From the NCBI GenBank assembly GCA_946965045.2, contig OX337231.1, forward strand, positions 620,001-684,000: 64,000 bases of DNA, in the 5' to 3' direction. The notes under the pieces were generated by a model. It had not been told where the DNA came from and ran no database searches. It worked only from the letters and a program-made list of their open reading frames with translations. The stretch is from Epithemia pelagica (lineage: Eukaryota > Protista > Bacillariophyta). Position numbers and translations under genes: made by a program. Below, in pieces: positions 25,540 to 35,210 of this stretch (positions are counted from its first letter, which is position 1; each line of letters opens with the position of its first letter).

Positions 25540-25959
25540 TTCTTGGTAATGCAGATCTTGCTGGTTACAACTGGTGACAACTTAGGCCAAATGAGTATTG
25601 TGAGAAGAGAAGTCAAAGGTAAGTGACACAGTCAGTAGATAGGTCTTCTACCTAACTGTCACGAACCAACTGACAACTACATGTGGTTTCTGTGCTAAGG
25701 CAGCTATGCATACTCTTTGGAACATGTGGTTCGTGTATTAACAAGCTCCAAAATTTTTCTGCGACCTAACTGGCGATACGAGATTCAGAGGAATGTCTAC
25801 CAACTGCAACTTCCGGTAATGGACTTAAAACGTAGGTAATCCTTCTACTTCTCAGAGTATCGTCACGATATAACATTTTAAATTTTCACACAGTAATACC
25901 TCTTATATGATCATACTAGGTACAGATTAATTTAATATGAGGAAAACATCCAGAGTCAC

Positions 25960-26040
25960 GGATGTCGGAGGATTTGGTAGATGTCGGATGATGTCGGATG
26001 ATGTCGGAGGATGTCGGATGATGTCGGATGATGTCGGATG
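25960..26040. repeat. 10-bp minisatellite (atgtcggatg) x about 7
   Basis: Read directly from the sequence: six consecutive copies at 25981-26040 plus one upstream. Confidence 0.95.
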
Positions 26041-26190
26041 TTTTTATCGCCAAAAGAATATGCACTCTCCAGCAGATGGGATTCTTAACGAGAAATCACA
26101 AGGTTACAAGTCACTGATTGACGGTAGGCCCATCAACTGAAGGAGCACCGCTGGATTTTGAGGCAAACCATGTTTGCGCGCGAGCCCGAA

Positions 26191-26252
26191 ACGACATCAA
26201 ACAACATCAAACAACATCAAACGACATACAAACGACATACCAACGACATACC
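26191..26252. repeat. 10-11-bp minisatellite (acgacatcaa / acgacataca), inverted relative to the 25960 array
   Basis: The reverse complement ttgatgtcgt shares the core tgatgtcg with atgatgtcgg. Confidence 0.85.
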
Positions 26253-26745
26253 TTTCGACATTCCCGTTTGTTCCATACTAGAGAATGGTAAATCATATTC
26301 TATGGTATCATAATACGTACTTTGTATTAATATCGATCCTTTGTTTTGGTTTCGTCCGTTGGGTATTGGGAGAGAATATGCGACTCACGTGTAGTTACCG
26401 GAAGTTGCTGACCTGCATATGGGTTCTGTGCTAACGGAGCTATGCATACTCTCTGTGACATGTGGTTTGTGTATTAGGCTGTGAAATTGTTCTGCGACCA
26501 AACTGTTGATCCGAGATTCCAAGGAATTAGTTTCATTGGATCACTTTTGAATGATCGCAATATTTCCTTACTTATCATTTGCGCTCAATTCATTCGATTG
26601 CATGGAATCTGAACTTTGTGGCACCACCACCATAGCATTAGGTTAATTTGAATGTGCTGCAGAAAAGAACGAAATGATGTAGGAAGTTGCTGTGTTTGTT
26701 CGACTTCTGTTATAGTTTTGTCGAAACCTTTGCGAAGAAAGCATA

Positions 26746-27221
26746 ATGCCCCGTCATCGTGTAGGTCTCCGTTATCGTGCCGGGTTTTTCCCTCATCCAG
26801 GCATGCCTGGTTATCCGGTACGGACTATCATCGAGGCAGGCTGTGCGTTTAAACCTGTTGATTGTATCGTTTATTTCAGTGAGCATGATTTTTACATCCG
26901 TCTGTGTGTCATCCAAAAGTATTCCAAGGCAATTGATGTGTTGCGATGTATCGCAGAAAGGCTTCGATCACGACTCTGTGATATTCGACTTTGTCAGGAA
27001 AATGGTGAACGTATTGCTATGAAGGCTTACGTCTATGACAACGATGATGATCTCATTGACGGGGTTGTTATGGCAATTGGAATGGTGATTCAGATGAGAA
27101 TGATGATTCAGATGAGAATGATGATTCAGAAGAAGAGGAACATGAATACAAGGTTAATGAAGAGAGCGACGAAGGGAGCGACGAGCAAGACGAGGAGGAT
27201 GATGTGGAATATATGTTATGA
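26746..27221 (+). pseudogene. Hypothetical protein with acidic tail, frameshifted
   Basis: The ORF MPRHRVGLRYR... shifts frame near 27080 into GDSDENDDSDENDDSEEEEHE...EEDDVEYML*. Confidence 0.4.
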
Positions 27222-27440
27222 ACGAGATATGTAAGTATCTTGGTTATTTGTAATACCAAGAGAGTAAAACTAATAGTCTATTGATTGTCTAGCGCAAGCA
27301 CACATACGGTTTGGACTCATGTTATAATGGCAGACGCATGGACGCGCAGTCTTAGTATAGCTGCTAGTGTTGTGGAATCAATGAACCAAACGAGAACCAT
27401 ACGTTCTTGTCTCATCCATGATTTAAAGCTAGTAACGGAT

Positions 27441-28290
27441 CATGGCGGAGTGGGTATTGTCGTGTGACTACTAGGGAATAGCATCCACAGTCTGTTTGGC
27501 GGGGTTCGTGGTGGCGGTTGGTTTGCGATGGCCTCGGCTCCTGGATCGAGAGGAGCTTTCCTCTTACGTACCAGAGGAATTCCCTACTCCGTTTTTGCGT
27601 TGCCCCACCGACAATACTGATGATATTGACAATGACAAGACTCTGTTTTTTTTTAAGAGTGGTGCCAAACCAAGGAAGACATTTCTTGGACGATTTCTGC
27701 TTGGCCACTCGTTTCGTGTCTTTCTCGTGTTGTCGTCTTGGTGAATTGGGGCGGTGTTGGTTTTGGCTTGGAGGATCATGGTGGAGTGGGTATTGTCGTG
27801 TGATTACAGCCAATATTCGTGGTGGCGGTTGGTTTGCAATGGCCCCGGCTGCGGGGTCGAGGGGAGCTTTCCTCTTTTGTATCAGAGGAACCTTTTTGCG
27901 TTGCCCCACCGACAAGACTGTTGATGTTGATAATGGCAAGACTGTGGACGATTGCGAGCATCCTTGGGACGAGGCAACCACTGTGGTAATCGTTGTGGAA
28001 CCAGTGTGCCTTGTGACGACGGACGACCAAAGACGGATTCATCCTCATTGCCATCCATTTTATCAAAGTCCAATTCATCTCAAGCCATCAGTTTCTGGTC
28101 CAAGTCCATTCGTTGCTTGGGAGGTGCATCCAAACTTGCTTGTTTTGTTCTGGTTTCTTTCAAGAGTAGTTCCAAACGACTGGTTGTGGTTCCTGTGGAA
28201 GATTGACGAAGAAATTTCTTGGACGGATTCTGCTTTGCCACTCGTTTCGTATCCTTCTCGTGTTGTCGTCTTGGTGAATTGGGCTGGTGC
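27441..28290. repeat. Degenerate internally duplicated segment (probable decayed minus-strand gene)
   Basis: 27441-27645 resembles 27777-27945, and 27683-27756 resembles 28217-28289. The minus strand gives a repeated motif SCHCQYHQYCRWGNAK / SCHYQHQQSCRWGNAK amid stops. Confidence 0.7.
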
Positions 28291-28689
28291 TACTACTCGT
28301 CCTCCTCGTTGGCGTTAGGATAGGCTTGTACCAAAATGCCAATCCAAATGAGCCAAAATGCGTCCATGCGGTTGGATTCCGTACAAACTCATGAATTGTA
28401 GAATGCTTCACGGCCGTTCCTTCACCGTTGTTCGGTAGGAGTGGATACTTCCGAACTAAAGTTCCGCCTCTGTCGTGCTCACCAAATTTACGATAAAGAG
28501 AAGCGCCTCCTTACACGAACGAAAGAAATGCAACGAACGTTCGCCATGGGAGCACTTTTTGCGCGCCCATGATGTTGGTCGTCGTTGGGTGTTGGGTGTG
28601 ATCGTTGGCTACGTGATTGGGCACTTGCTAAATAGAAGAGAAAAGTAGGGTAGAGTATGAATCAAAAAGACAAAACCGTGTCACCGGCC

Positions 28690-28890
28690 GGCCCAGTGGA
28701 ATCAAACATCAGCAGAGCTCCCAGCAAGGACTTCCACTCTACCAGCGGGGATACGTCTATGGCCATGAACCCCAAACATGGCGAATCTTAACTTTGTGCT
28801 GAAGTGGGGGGAATCAAACCCCTGACCTGTTTGATCAAGTGTGGATCTAAGACCCGAACCACTATCTCACCCAAGGTGCACTACACGCTG
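28690..28890 (-). pseudogene. Two degenerate tRNA-like (Pol III A/B box) modules; possible tRNA pseudogene or SINE head
   Basis: Module 1 (minus, 28890-28798): tgtagtg/cacttca acceptor-like pairing (6/7), a variable-arm-like hairpin acttg/caggt, and a T-arm gggg-tttgatt-cccc. Module 2: tggtagagtgg (A-box-like) then gtttgattcc (B-box-like). Both B boxes show GTTCGA to GTTTGA. Confidence 0.35.
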
Positions 28891-28985
28891 GGTTTTTTTG
28901 TAATATTAAGATCCAAAGTGCACTAAAATCGTACTCCTACCTAGTTCTTGCTAGTAGGAGCTCTATTGTGCCTAACATAGAGGCA

Positions 28986-29798
28986 CTACCTGCGTGCACC
29001 AATTGAAACCTTAACCCTAATGATACTATTCCATAGTGCTGACCAGCAGTTTTCTCCAACCTGTTGCGGTGTATAACCAACCACCCACATCTGGATGTGG
29101 TTCTGGATGTGATGCCGCATACAAGGCGGCCGAATCATCCAGTCGTTGCATGAAATTGTCGTGGACGTCATCTGGATTGCTCCTGGGAGGAGGAGCATAA
29201 TCATTGTTGTTGTCGGTTGATGGGCCCTCGTTTCGTTCACAATCCCTCCAACAAGATGGAGTGCTCTGATTTCCAACGATTGGTATCTCTGTGTTGCTGT
29301 GCAGTCGCTCTCTCGATCTCTTCGTCGAACAGAAGTCAACCAACCTCTGACTGAGCTATCGACGTCTCTCGTGTTCGTGTGCAAAGTCCAACAGCCAACA
29401 GCCATCACACAAGATCCTTGTCTGTCCTTGTTCACGCTTTTCCTGCACCGGCGGTGTCAAAGTTGTTGTCAAACGTCGAACCGTCTCTCTTGCCATAAAT
29501 CTTTCTCTTCCAAGATCCCACTATTATCATCACCATCATGTTCAAGGCCTTTTTGCTGCACAAAACTCGACCGATGATTGATCCATTCCAAAGCAGAACT
29601 GACACAACAAATTTCGTTTCTCTGAGTTGGCCAAGGGAAACAAACCAGACATGTGCACGGTGCACTTTCCTCATTGTGATCATCCTCGTGCTTACAAACG
29701 AGATCATCCCGACAAAAAGGTGACCAATGGAGTATTTTCTTGTCCAGAAGCCGTCGAAATTTTATTCCTTCTCCCTTTGCCCTCATTGTGCGAGCCAT
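28986..29798 (-). pseudogene. Fragmented Cys/Trp-rich hypothetical gene
   Basis: Overlapping short ORFs in three frames (29469-29798, 28986-29435, 29026-29343) with protein-like segments. No family recognised. Confidence 0.3.
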
Positions 29799-29844
29799 GG
29801 TAAATTCTGGGGAAGGGCGTGATTGGGCTCATTACCAGAGTGCA

Positions 29845-30560
29845 AGATGCTCATATCCATCGACGAGAGTAGTTACGATCGTGTGCGTCTACAGAGCCTG
29901 CTTTCATTGGCGGGAAAGTGATACTCCTATGTGCATCTGAATCTTAGAATGTAGAGAGCCCGCCAACAAGAAAGAGTACTCTGAGACCATAGACAAGAGC
30001 CAAAACAAGTAAGAGTAGTATCGGTCTGTTGAGTCCTAGTTCGAAAGCGGAAGTTCCCTTAATAGAGGAAATTTCTACTCCTATATCCATTTGAATCTTA
30101 GCATGTAGAGAGCCCGCCAACAAGATGGAGTTCTCTGATTTCCATACACAAGAGGCAAACAGATGCTCATATCCATCGACGAGAGTAGTTACGATCGTGT
30201 GCGTCTGCGGAGCCTGCTTTCATTGGCGGGAAAGTGATACTCCTATGTGCATCTGAATCTTAGAATGTAGAGAGCCCGCCAACAAGAAAGAGTACTTTGA
30301 GACCATAGACAAGAGCCAAAACAAGTAAGAGTAGTATCGGTCTGTTGAGTCCTAGTTCGAAAGCGGAAGTTCCCTTAATAGAGGAAATTTCTACTCCTAT
30401 ATCCATTTGAATCTTAGCATGTAGAGAGCCCGCCAACAAGATGGAGTTCTCTGATTTCCATACACAAGAGGCAAACCAGTGAGAGTATTGGTCTGTTGAG
30501 TGCTGCTTCCAAGGCCAAACATCCCGTAATAGAGGAAATTTATACTCCCATGTGCATTTG
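29845..30560. repeat. 316-bp near-perfect tandem duplication built on a diverged ~150-bp monomer
   Basis: Units 29845-30160 and 30161-30476 differ at about 3 positions. Monomer starts (tactcc(t/c)at...tgaat) at 29922, 30076, 30238, 30392 and 30543. Confidence 0.95.
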
Positions 30561-30737
30561 AATTACAAATAGCGATGGGAGTATACCATGAAAACATTTT
30601 TCTCGGTTCTTGAACGGTTCCAATTGGAGAAGTGTTGAGGATCGAGAAAACACGAATTTCTCGATGCAGCCTCATCTCCTCATGCCAAGTCCAACAATCA
30701 ACTCATATTTCCTTCCTCGACAAACAACATCCGCATC

Positions 30738-31596
30738 ATGACTCCACCAGCAAAAAAGGCAAGTTTGATTGTTGCGTCGTTCTATCACTACATGGCATTC
30801 ATCCATGCTCACCTTTCTTTTTTCTTCTCCTCACCAGGAAACAATCAAGAAGTTCAAGTTCACGGCAACGAAGAAGAAAGGTGTTGCTCCTTCTCCGAGT
30901 AGATCGAAGCCTAGGGTCTCTGAGATCCATTCGGAACGTTGTGGCCCTAACTCACAGTTTATTGTTGCTTACATGAAGCTCGCAGGGACCAAAACAGAGC
31001 GGTCGGGATACATGAATCCTGTATTTGATCTGATTAAAGAAAAGGAAAAGTGCCTTTTTGATGAGTTTGATGTGCAAATTCAAAAACTGTATCGTCGTCT
31101 CTCACCTGAGAAGGATGAACTGATGATGAATGGCAACCCGGACAAGTCCGGAACCGAATACCCCTGGCCGTGCGTTGTTGGATTCTGTGACGACGCTGAC
31201 GATGACACAAAGAAAAAGACTCTGACCAAAAATTTGTGTAAGACCATTGCCGAGGTGATGGAGAAGAATGACAAAGAACACGGATACAATCGCACTTACA
31301 GCTACAACACTCCTGACTTGGATCACACCGGCAATATTCCTCGCCCTTTGGATAATCTGTTTCAAGATGAAGAAGTCAATGCTCTTGTTCAAAACTACTT
31401 CGAACTCGGTGATGACAATGATCTGTTCACCTATCTTGGTGGCGAAGACGATGGTGTGGCAGACCAGGCTTTTTCGCGTGATGAATACGGCATGTACTCC
31501 AGAAGTGCAGTGAATCGCTGGAAATACCCGACTGGTAGGCTCCAAGACAACAAAGTCGACGAGAAGGAGTCCGAAGAAACGACCCCTGAGAATTGA
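30738..31596 (+). CDS. Hypothetical protein; 2 exons with a GC-AG intron (30759-30837)
   Basis: ATG ACT CCA CCA GCA AAA AAG | gcaagt ... ctcac...ctcaccag | GAA ACA ATC joins in frame to the 275-aa ORF. Polypyrimidine tract present. Confidence 0.65.
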
Positions 31597-31984
31597 GCGA
31601 TTGTGATATGTGTACTGAAATACAATGTGAGTGCCAATCGAGAGATATAAGGGCTTCTGCTTTTATCGTATACCAATATGCTATTATCAATACCACATGC
31701 ATCCTGGTCAGCAGAACGAACGAAGAAAAACAAAATTCATAATATATGCTTTCCTAGTCAATTTATAATTCTTTGTTGCTGTATGATGAGAATATGAATT
31801 TAACTCTGCCGTTGTAGCGATTCATGCCCGTTATCGAACACAGCAATTCTCTCTAACGTCTTGCTACCTGTTCCTACGAGCTTTCAAACAAAAAGTCTTG
31901 TTTCAGTCATTCCAGAACGGTTGGGCGTCTTACATTACTACTAGAGATTCGTCAAGGGTAAGTCCCTACTCACATTTTACGCGG

Positions 31985-32002
31985 TTGGAGGTGCACCTCC
32001 AA
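31985..32002. repeat. Perfect 18-bp palindrome ttggaggtgcacctccaa
   Basis: Self-complementary, at the right edge of the accessory island. Confidence 0.9.
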
Positions 32003-32267
32003 ATCATACCATGACTGACCATTAAAATATTCATTGCTATATCATTGCCATATATATTTAACCGTTTCATCAACCGCCATGTTTGCTCAATTGTACTTTT
32101 TACTCTAGTGTCCGTCCGTTTTCGGAACAGCTGGTCTTTCTGGAAATTCCCACCCCAGACCCCAAGCCTTCCGGCCCACCCGTCCCGTTCATACTGAACT
32201 CAGACGAACAGAGCGCACGTTCTGGAACAAATAATATCTCGATGATAAAGATAAATCGGTCGCCACC

Positions 32268-33509
32268 ATGACTGAAGGCGACAGTTTTGTACCAGCCGAA
32301 CGAGAGGTCTTTTCCAAAACAGTCCCTGAGGGACCAAGATCTATGAATGCTGGAAACGATAGCCCCCTACCAGCCGAAGGCGAGATCCTTCCCATTTCAG
32401 TCGCGCATGCATCAAGATGCATGGACGATGGAAACAATTGCTCCTTGATGGATTGGCTTTCGGACGATCTGGTCCACCATTGCATTTCGTTCTGCGACAA
32501 TTCCACTTTATTGCATTCTTGTCGTCTGGTGAGTCGAAGGTTCAAGACATTGGTCCATCCTGTCATGGCAGATCGTACACGACAGAGTCTTCCTCTTCAG
32601 GTTGCTGAGAGTCCAAAGCATGAAGCTCATGAGGTTATTGCGAAGATTCATGTCCGATTAGTCAGCTGTCCTCTGGATAATCGAGCGTTGGTCAAGAACG
32701 CCATTCAAGAATTTCAAGAGTGGCACCCTTTGTCCACCTTTGCATTGGCTCTACAAAATGATTCCGATTCTACTTCTTTGGATCCCAAAACAAGAAGCTT
32801 CCCGGAAATTGAGAACAATGACGATGAAGACTCCGTCGGATTAAGCGGCGAAGTACTGAGGCGAGAAGATATGGAGGAATCGCTTTGTACAAAGGGATCC
32901 TACCATACCATGTTTCTTCAAGCAAACCCTGCAAACTACAACATCAATGATGATGGCAGTGATGACAGCGAACTCAACGATTGCAATGATGTTACTGCCA
33001 TGGTATCATTGAGAATTTCAACCCTTTTGCCATCTTTTTCATTTTCATTGCCCTGGATCCATGAACAGTTCGACCGTGCGAAAACAGAAATGAACATACC
33101 GTTCACATTTAGAGCAGAAACATCCTCTACTATTTTGCGATTCTTATCCCAGTATGTTTTGTTTGTGGCCACCGATCCAGCAAAGAACTCCGCAGAAAGC
33201 CAAGAATTAGGAGAACAAGATGATGCATCCCCTAATACAACAGGCAAAACCACTACAAGAAACTCATCCTCATCATCCAAGTCGCGTTGTGATCTTTCTT
33301 CAATCTTCAAGTCCAACGACGAGGCACGAGTTGCTTTTTTCCGCCACGAAACATTTTGCTTTGATGTTCCATTCTCGACTTGGTTGGTTCGGTCCATGAT
33401 GTTTTCTCTGTTACCTCCCGTCAACACAAGAAGGGAAACGACGACGCATCAACCACAATGGATCGAAGTGGTTGAAACCCACAATCTAATACGGCACCCC
33501 CGTGGTTAG
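32268..33509 (+). CDS. F-box domain protein
   Basis: LMDWLSDDLVHHCISFCDNSTLLHSCRLVSRRFKTLV matches the F-box consensus (L..LP.E+L..I+SFL...+L.....V.+.+..L). C-terminus unrecognised. Confidence 0.75.
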   Translation: MTEGDSFVPAEREVFSKTVPEGPRSMNAGNDSPLPAEGEILPISVAHASRCMDDGNNCSLMDWLSDDLVHHCISFCDNSTLLHSCRLVSRRFKTLVHPVMADRTRQSLPLQVAESPKHEAHEVIAKIHVRLVSCPLDNRALVKNAIQEFQEWHPLSTFALALQNDSDSTSLDPKTRSFPEIENNDDEDSVGLSGEVLRREDMEESLCTKGSYHTMFLQANPANYNINDDGSDDSELNDCNDVTAMVSLRISTLLPSFSFSLPWIHEQFDRAKTEMNIPFTFRAETSSTILRFLSQYVLFVATDPAKNSAESQELGEQDDASPNTTGKTTTRNSSSSSKSRCDLSSIFKSNDEARVAFFRHETFCFDVPFSTWLVRSMMFSLLPPVNTRRETTTHQPQWIEVVETHNLIRHPRG

Positions 33510-34196
33510 CGCCCATCCTGACCAACCAGAATCTCAATCTGTGACAGTACCGAGTGTCAAACGAGCAGCAAGTCATTTGTATGAGGAGACTAGGGAACGA
33601 AATCTCGTGGTATAAAAAGTGTGTGAGAGATGAGTTGTGCTCAAACGGAACGTTTGTCTCGTCGGATATCTTGATACAAGTGAGGGAAAAAGGCATCAAA
33701 TAGAATAGCTCATACCTCAAGTCCTCTTGTATTTGATATGATTCAGAATAGGTCGCCACTATTAGATGCAATTACTAGGAGTAGATGCCTCTACCTCGAA
33801 AAACGAGTGTTCCTCTTTCCACCATCGCATGGATGTAGTGTTGTTTCTGTCTAGTTTGACGAATAACTCCATGGATAGAGACATTCAAAATTCAAAGGAC
33901 GATTGATTGAAATCAAAACACTAGACCCCCCCCCCAACGGAGCCCCCATTGACATTGACATGGAAACTAGCCATGGTTCATAGCGTGGACATAGTAGTTC
34001 ATTCACGATTCACAGTTCACGGACCGTGCTAAAAAACTCAACGCAAAGATACTCTTCGCATCGATCAATACCGTCAAGGCGGCAATGAAAAAGACTCGAA
34101 GATTTTTTAGATTTCCGAATCGGTCACTCTGTTGCGACAAGTCTCGGTTTGGAGTTTCGTTGTTGGATTAACCTCTTGGGAAGAATTTGAGCAATC

Positions 34197-35210
34197 ATGA
34201 AGAACTGGGGTGTTGTAGTTCAACTCGCATGGTTAACATGCCTCGTTGTCGGGGTTGAATCAAATTTGGCGGCTTCTAGTAGTGGTAAGATTGGCCCTCT
34301 TCCACTCATGTCGAGAAGTAGCCGTATTGGAAGATCGGTTGGGACGAATTCTGCATTCATGTTGGACAATCACAATGGATTGTCACTTGATAGCCATCCT
34401 TCCAGTTCTGCTTGTTCCGACGCGACGTGGAATGCTGTATCATCTTTGCGTGGGGGTGTGAGTGCCGAAGTGTCGGATATTGTGGTGAGTGCCTACGATT
34501 GGTGCATCAATCTAGGAGCACCCAGTGCCTTGGTGGCCGGTGCCGTGATTGCCACGATTTATGAAAATATTGGCAGTGGCGCCTTGGATGTTCGCACTCG
34601 AGATGCTCCCGTGTCTCGCTTTTTGAAGCGCCTTACTCGCGTCCTGCTCATTAGCGCCTTTTCCTTGGAAGTCTTGGCCATTTTTGTCACCACCGTGACG
34701 GGGACCATGTTGCTGAGTCGAACCCTGGACTATATGGATGAAATTGTTCCTGTGACATTGGAAACAACTCCCTTGGCCTTTTTGCGAAGCAACTTTGGAT
34801 TTGAATACTTGACGGCACGCATTGCCTTTTTGCAAGGTTTGGTGAACTGGATTACCGCCATTGCCTTGGCCCATATCATTCCCAATTCACAGACTGGATT
34901 GACGCGCAAAATGAACAAGTTTATTGGAACCTTCTTGTTGACGACTGTCTTGTTAATGTTGGCCTTTTACAACAATCACATGACCTTTTACGATAACTAT
35001 TGGGGAATGTTGACTCATTGGTTCCAGGTGACGTTGAAACGTTTTGTCTTTCACAATCCTCCTCGACCTCTCATGTATTTGATTACACCGGCCATGTTGG
35101 CCTGTCTTTACTTTGCGATTCAAACGTTCTTCTACAACACACCCGATGACCTGGAGCTCCTTGAGAGTATGACGGCCGAGGAATTGGAAGCCATTGGATA
35201 TGAACGTTAG
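34197..35210 (+). CDS. Multi-TM family copy C, intact (signal peptide + LRGG + 4-5 TM; Orai-like candidate)
   Basis: 337-aa uninterrupted ORF. Shares AY[ED]WC[IM]NLGxPSAL[VI]AGAVIATIYE, NF[EG]FEYLTARIxFLQGLxNW, MNKFIG and MLxFYNxHMxFYxNY with copies A and B. Confidence 0.9.
   Translation: MKNWGVVVQLAWLTCLVVGVESNLAASSSGKIGPLPLMSRSSRIGRSVGTNSAFMLDNHNGLSLDSHPSSSACSDATWNAVSSLRGGVSAEVSDIVVSAYDWCINLGAPSALVAGAVIATIYENIGSGALDVRTRDAPVSRFLKRLTRVLLISAFSLEVLAIFVTTVTGTMLLSRTLDYMDEIVPVTLETTPLAFLRSNFGFEYLTARIAFLQGLVNWITAIALAHIIPNSQTGLTRKMNKFIGTFLLTTVLLMLAFYNNHMTFYDNYWGMLTHWFQVTLKRFVFHNPPRPLMYLITPAMLACLYFAIQTFFYNTPDDLELLESMTAEELEAIGYER

Larger units (their letters stand above)
25670..26527. promoter_or_regulatory. 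Symmetric divergent spacer between RepHel (minus) and the ORF at 26746 (plus)
   Basis: About 125-bp diverged direct repeat (25670-25794; 26409-26527), a perfect 14-bp inverted repeat gcaacttccggtaa (25806-25819 / 26395-26408), and inverted decamer arrays inside. Regulatory function is inferred from position only. Confidence 0.5.

Noticed and set aside
25960-26252. Decamer arrays as CRISPR or telomeric repeats
   Set aside because: They are contiguous with no spacers, do not resemble TTAGGG-type repeats, and are internal and short.
27518-28318. 266-aa plus-strand ORF
   Set aside because: It is the antisense of a degenerate repeat region, with no ATG start or recognisable motif.
29845-30560. 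Possible CRISPR array
   Set aside because: The units are 150-316 bp with no short constant repeat separated by unique spacers. There are no cas genes, and the context is eukaryotic.
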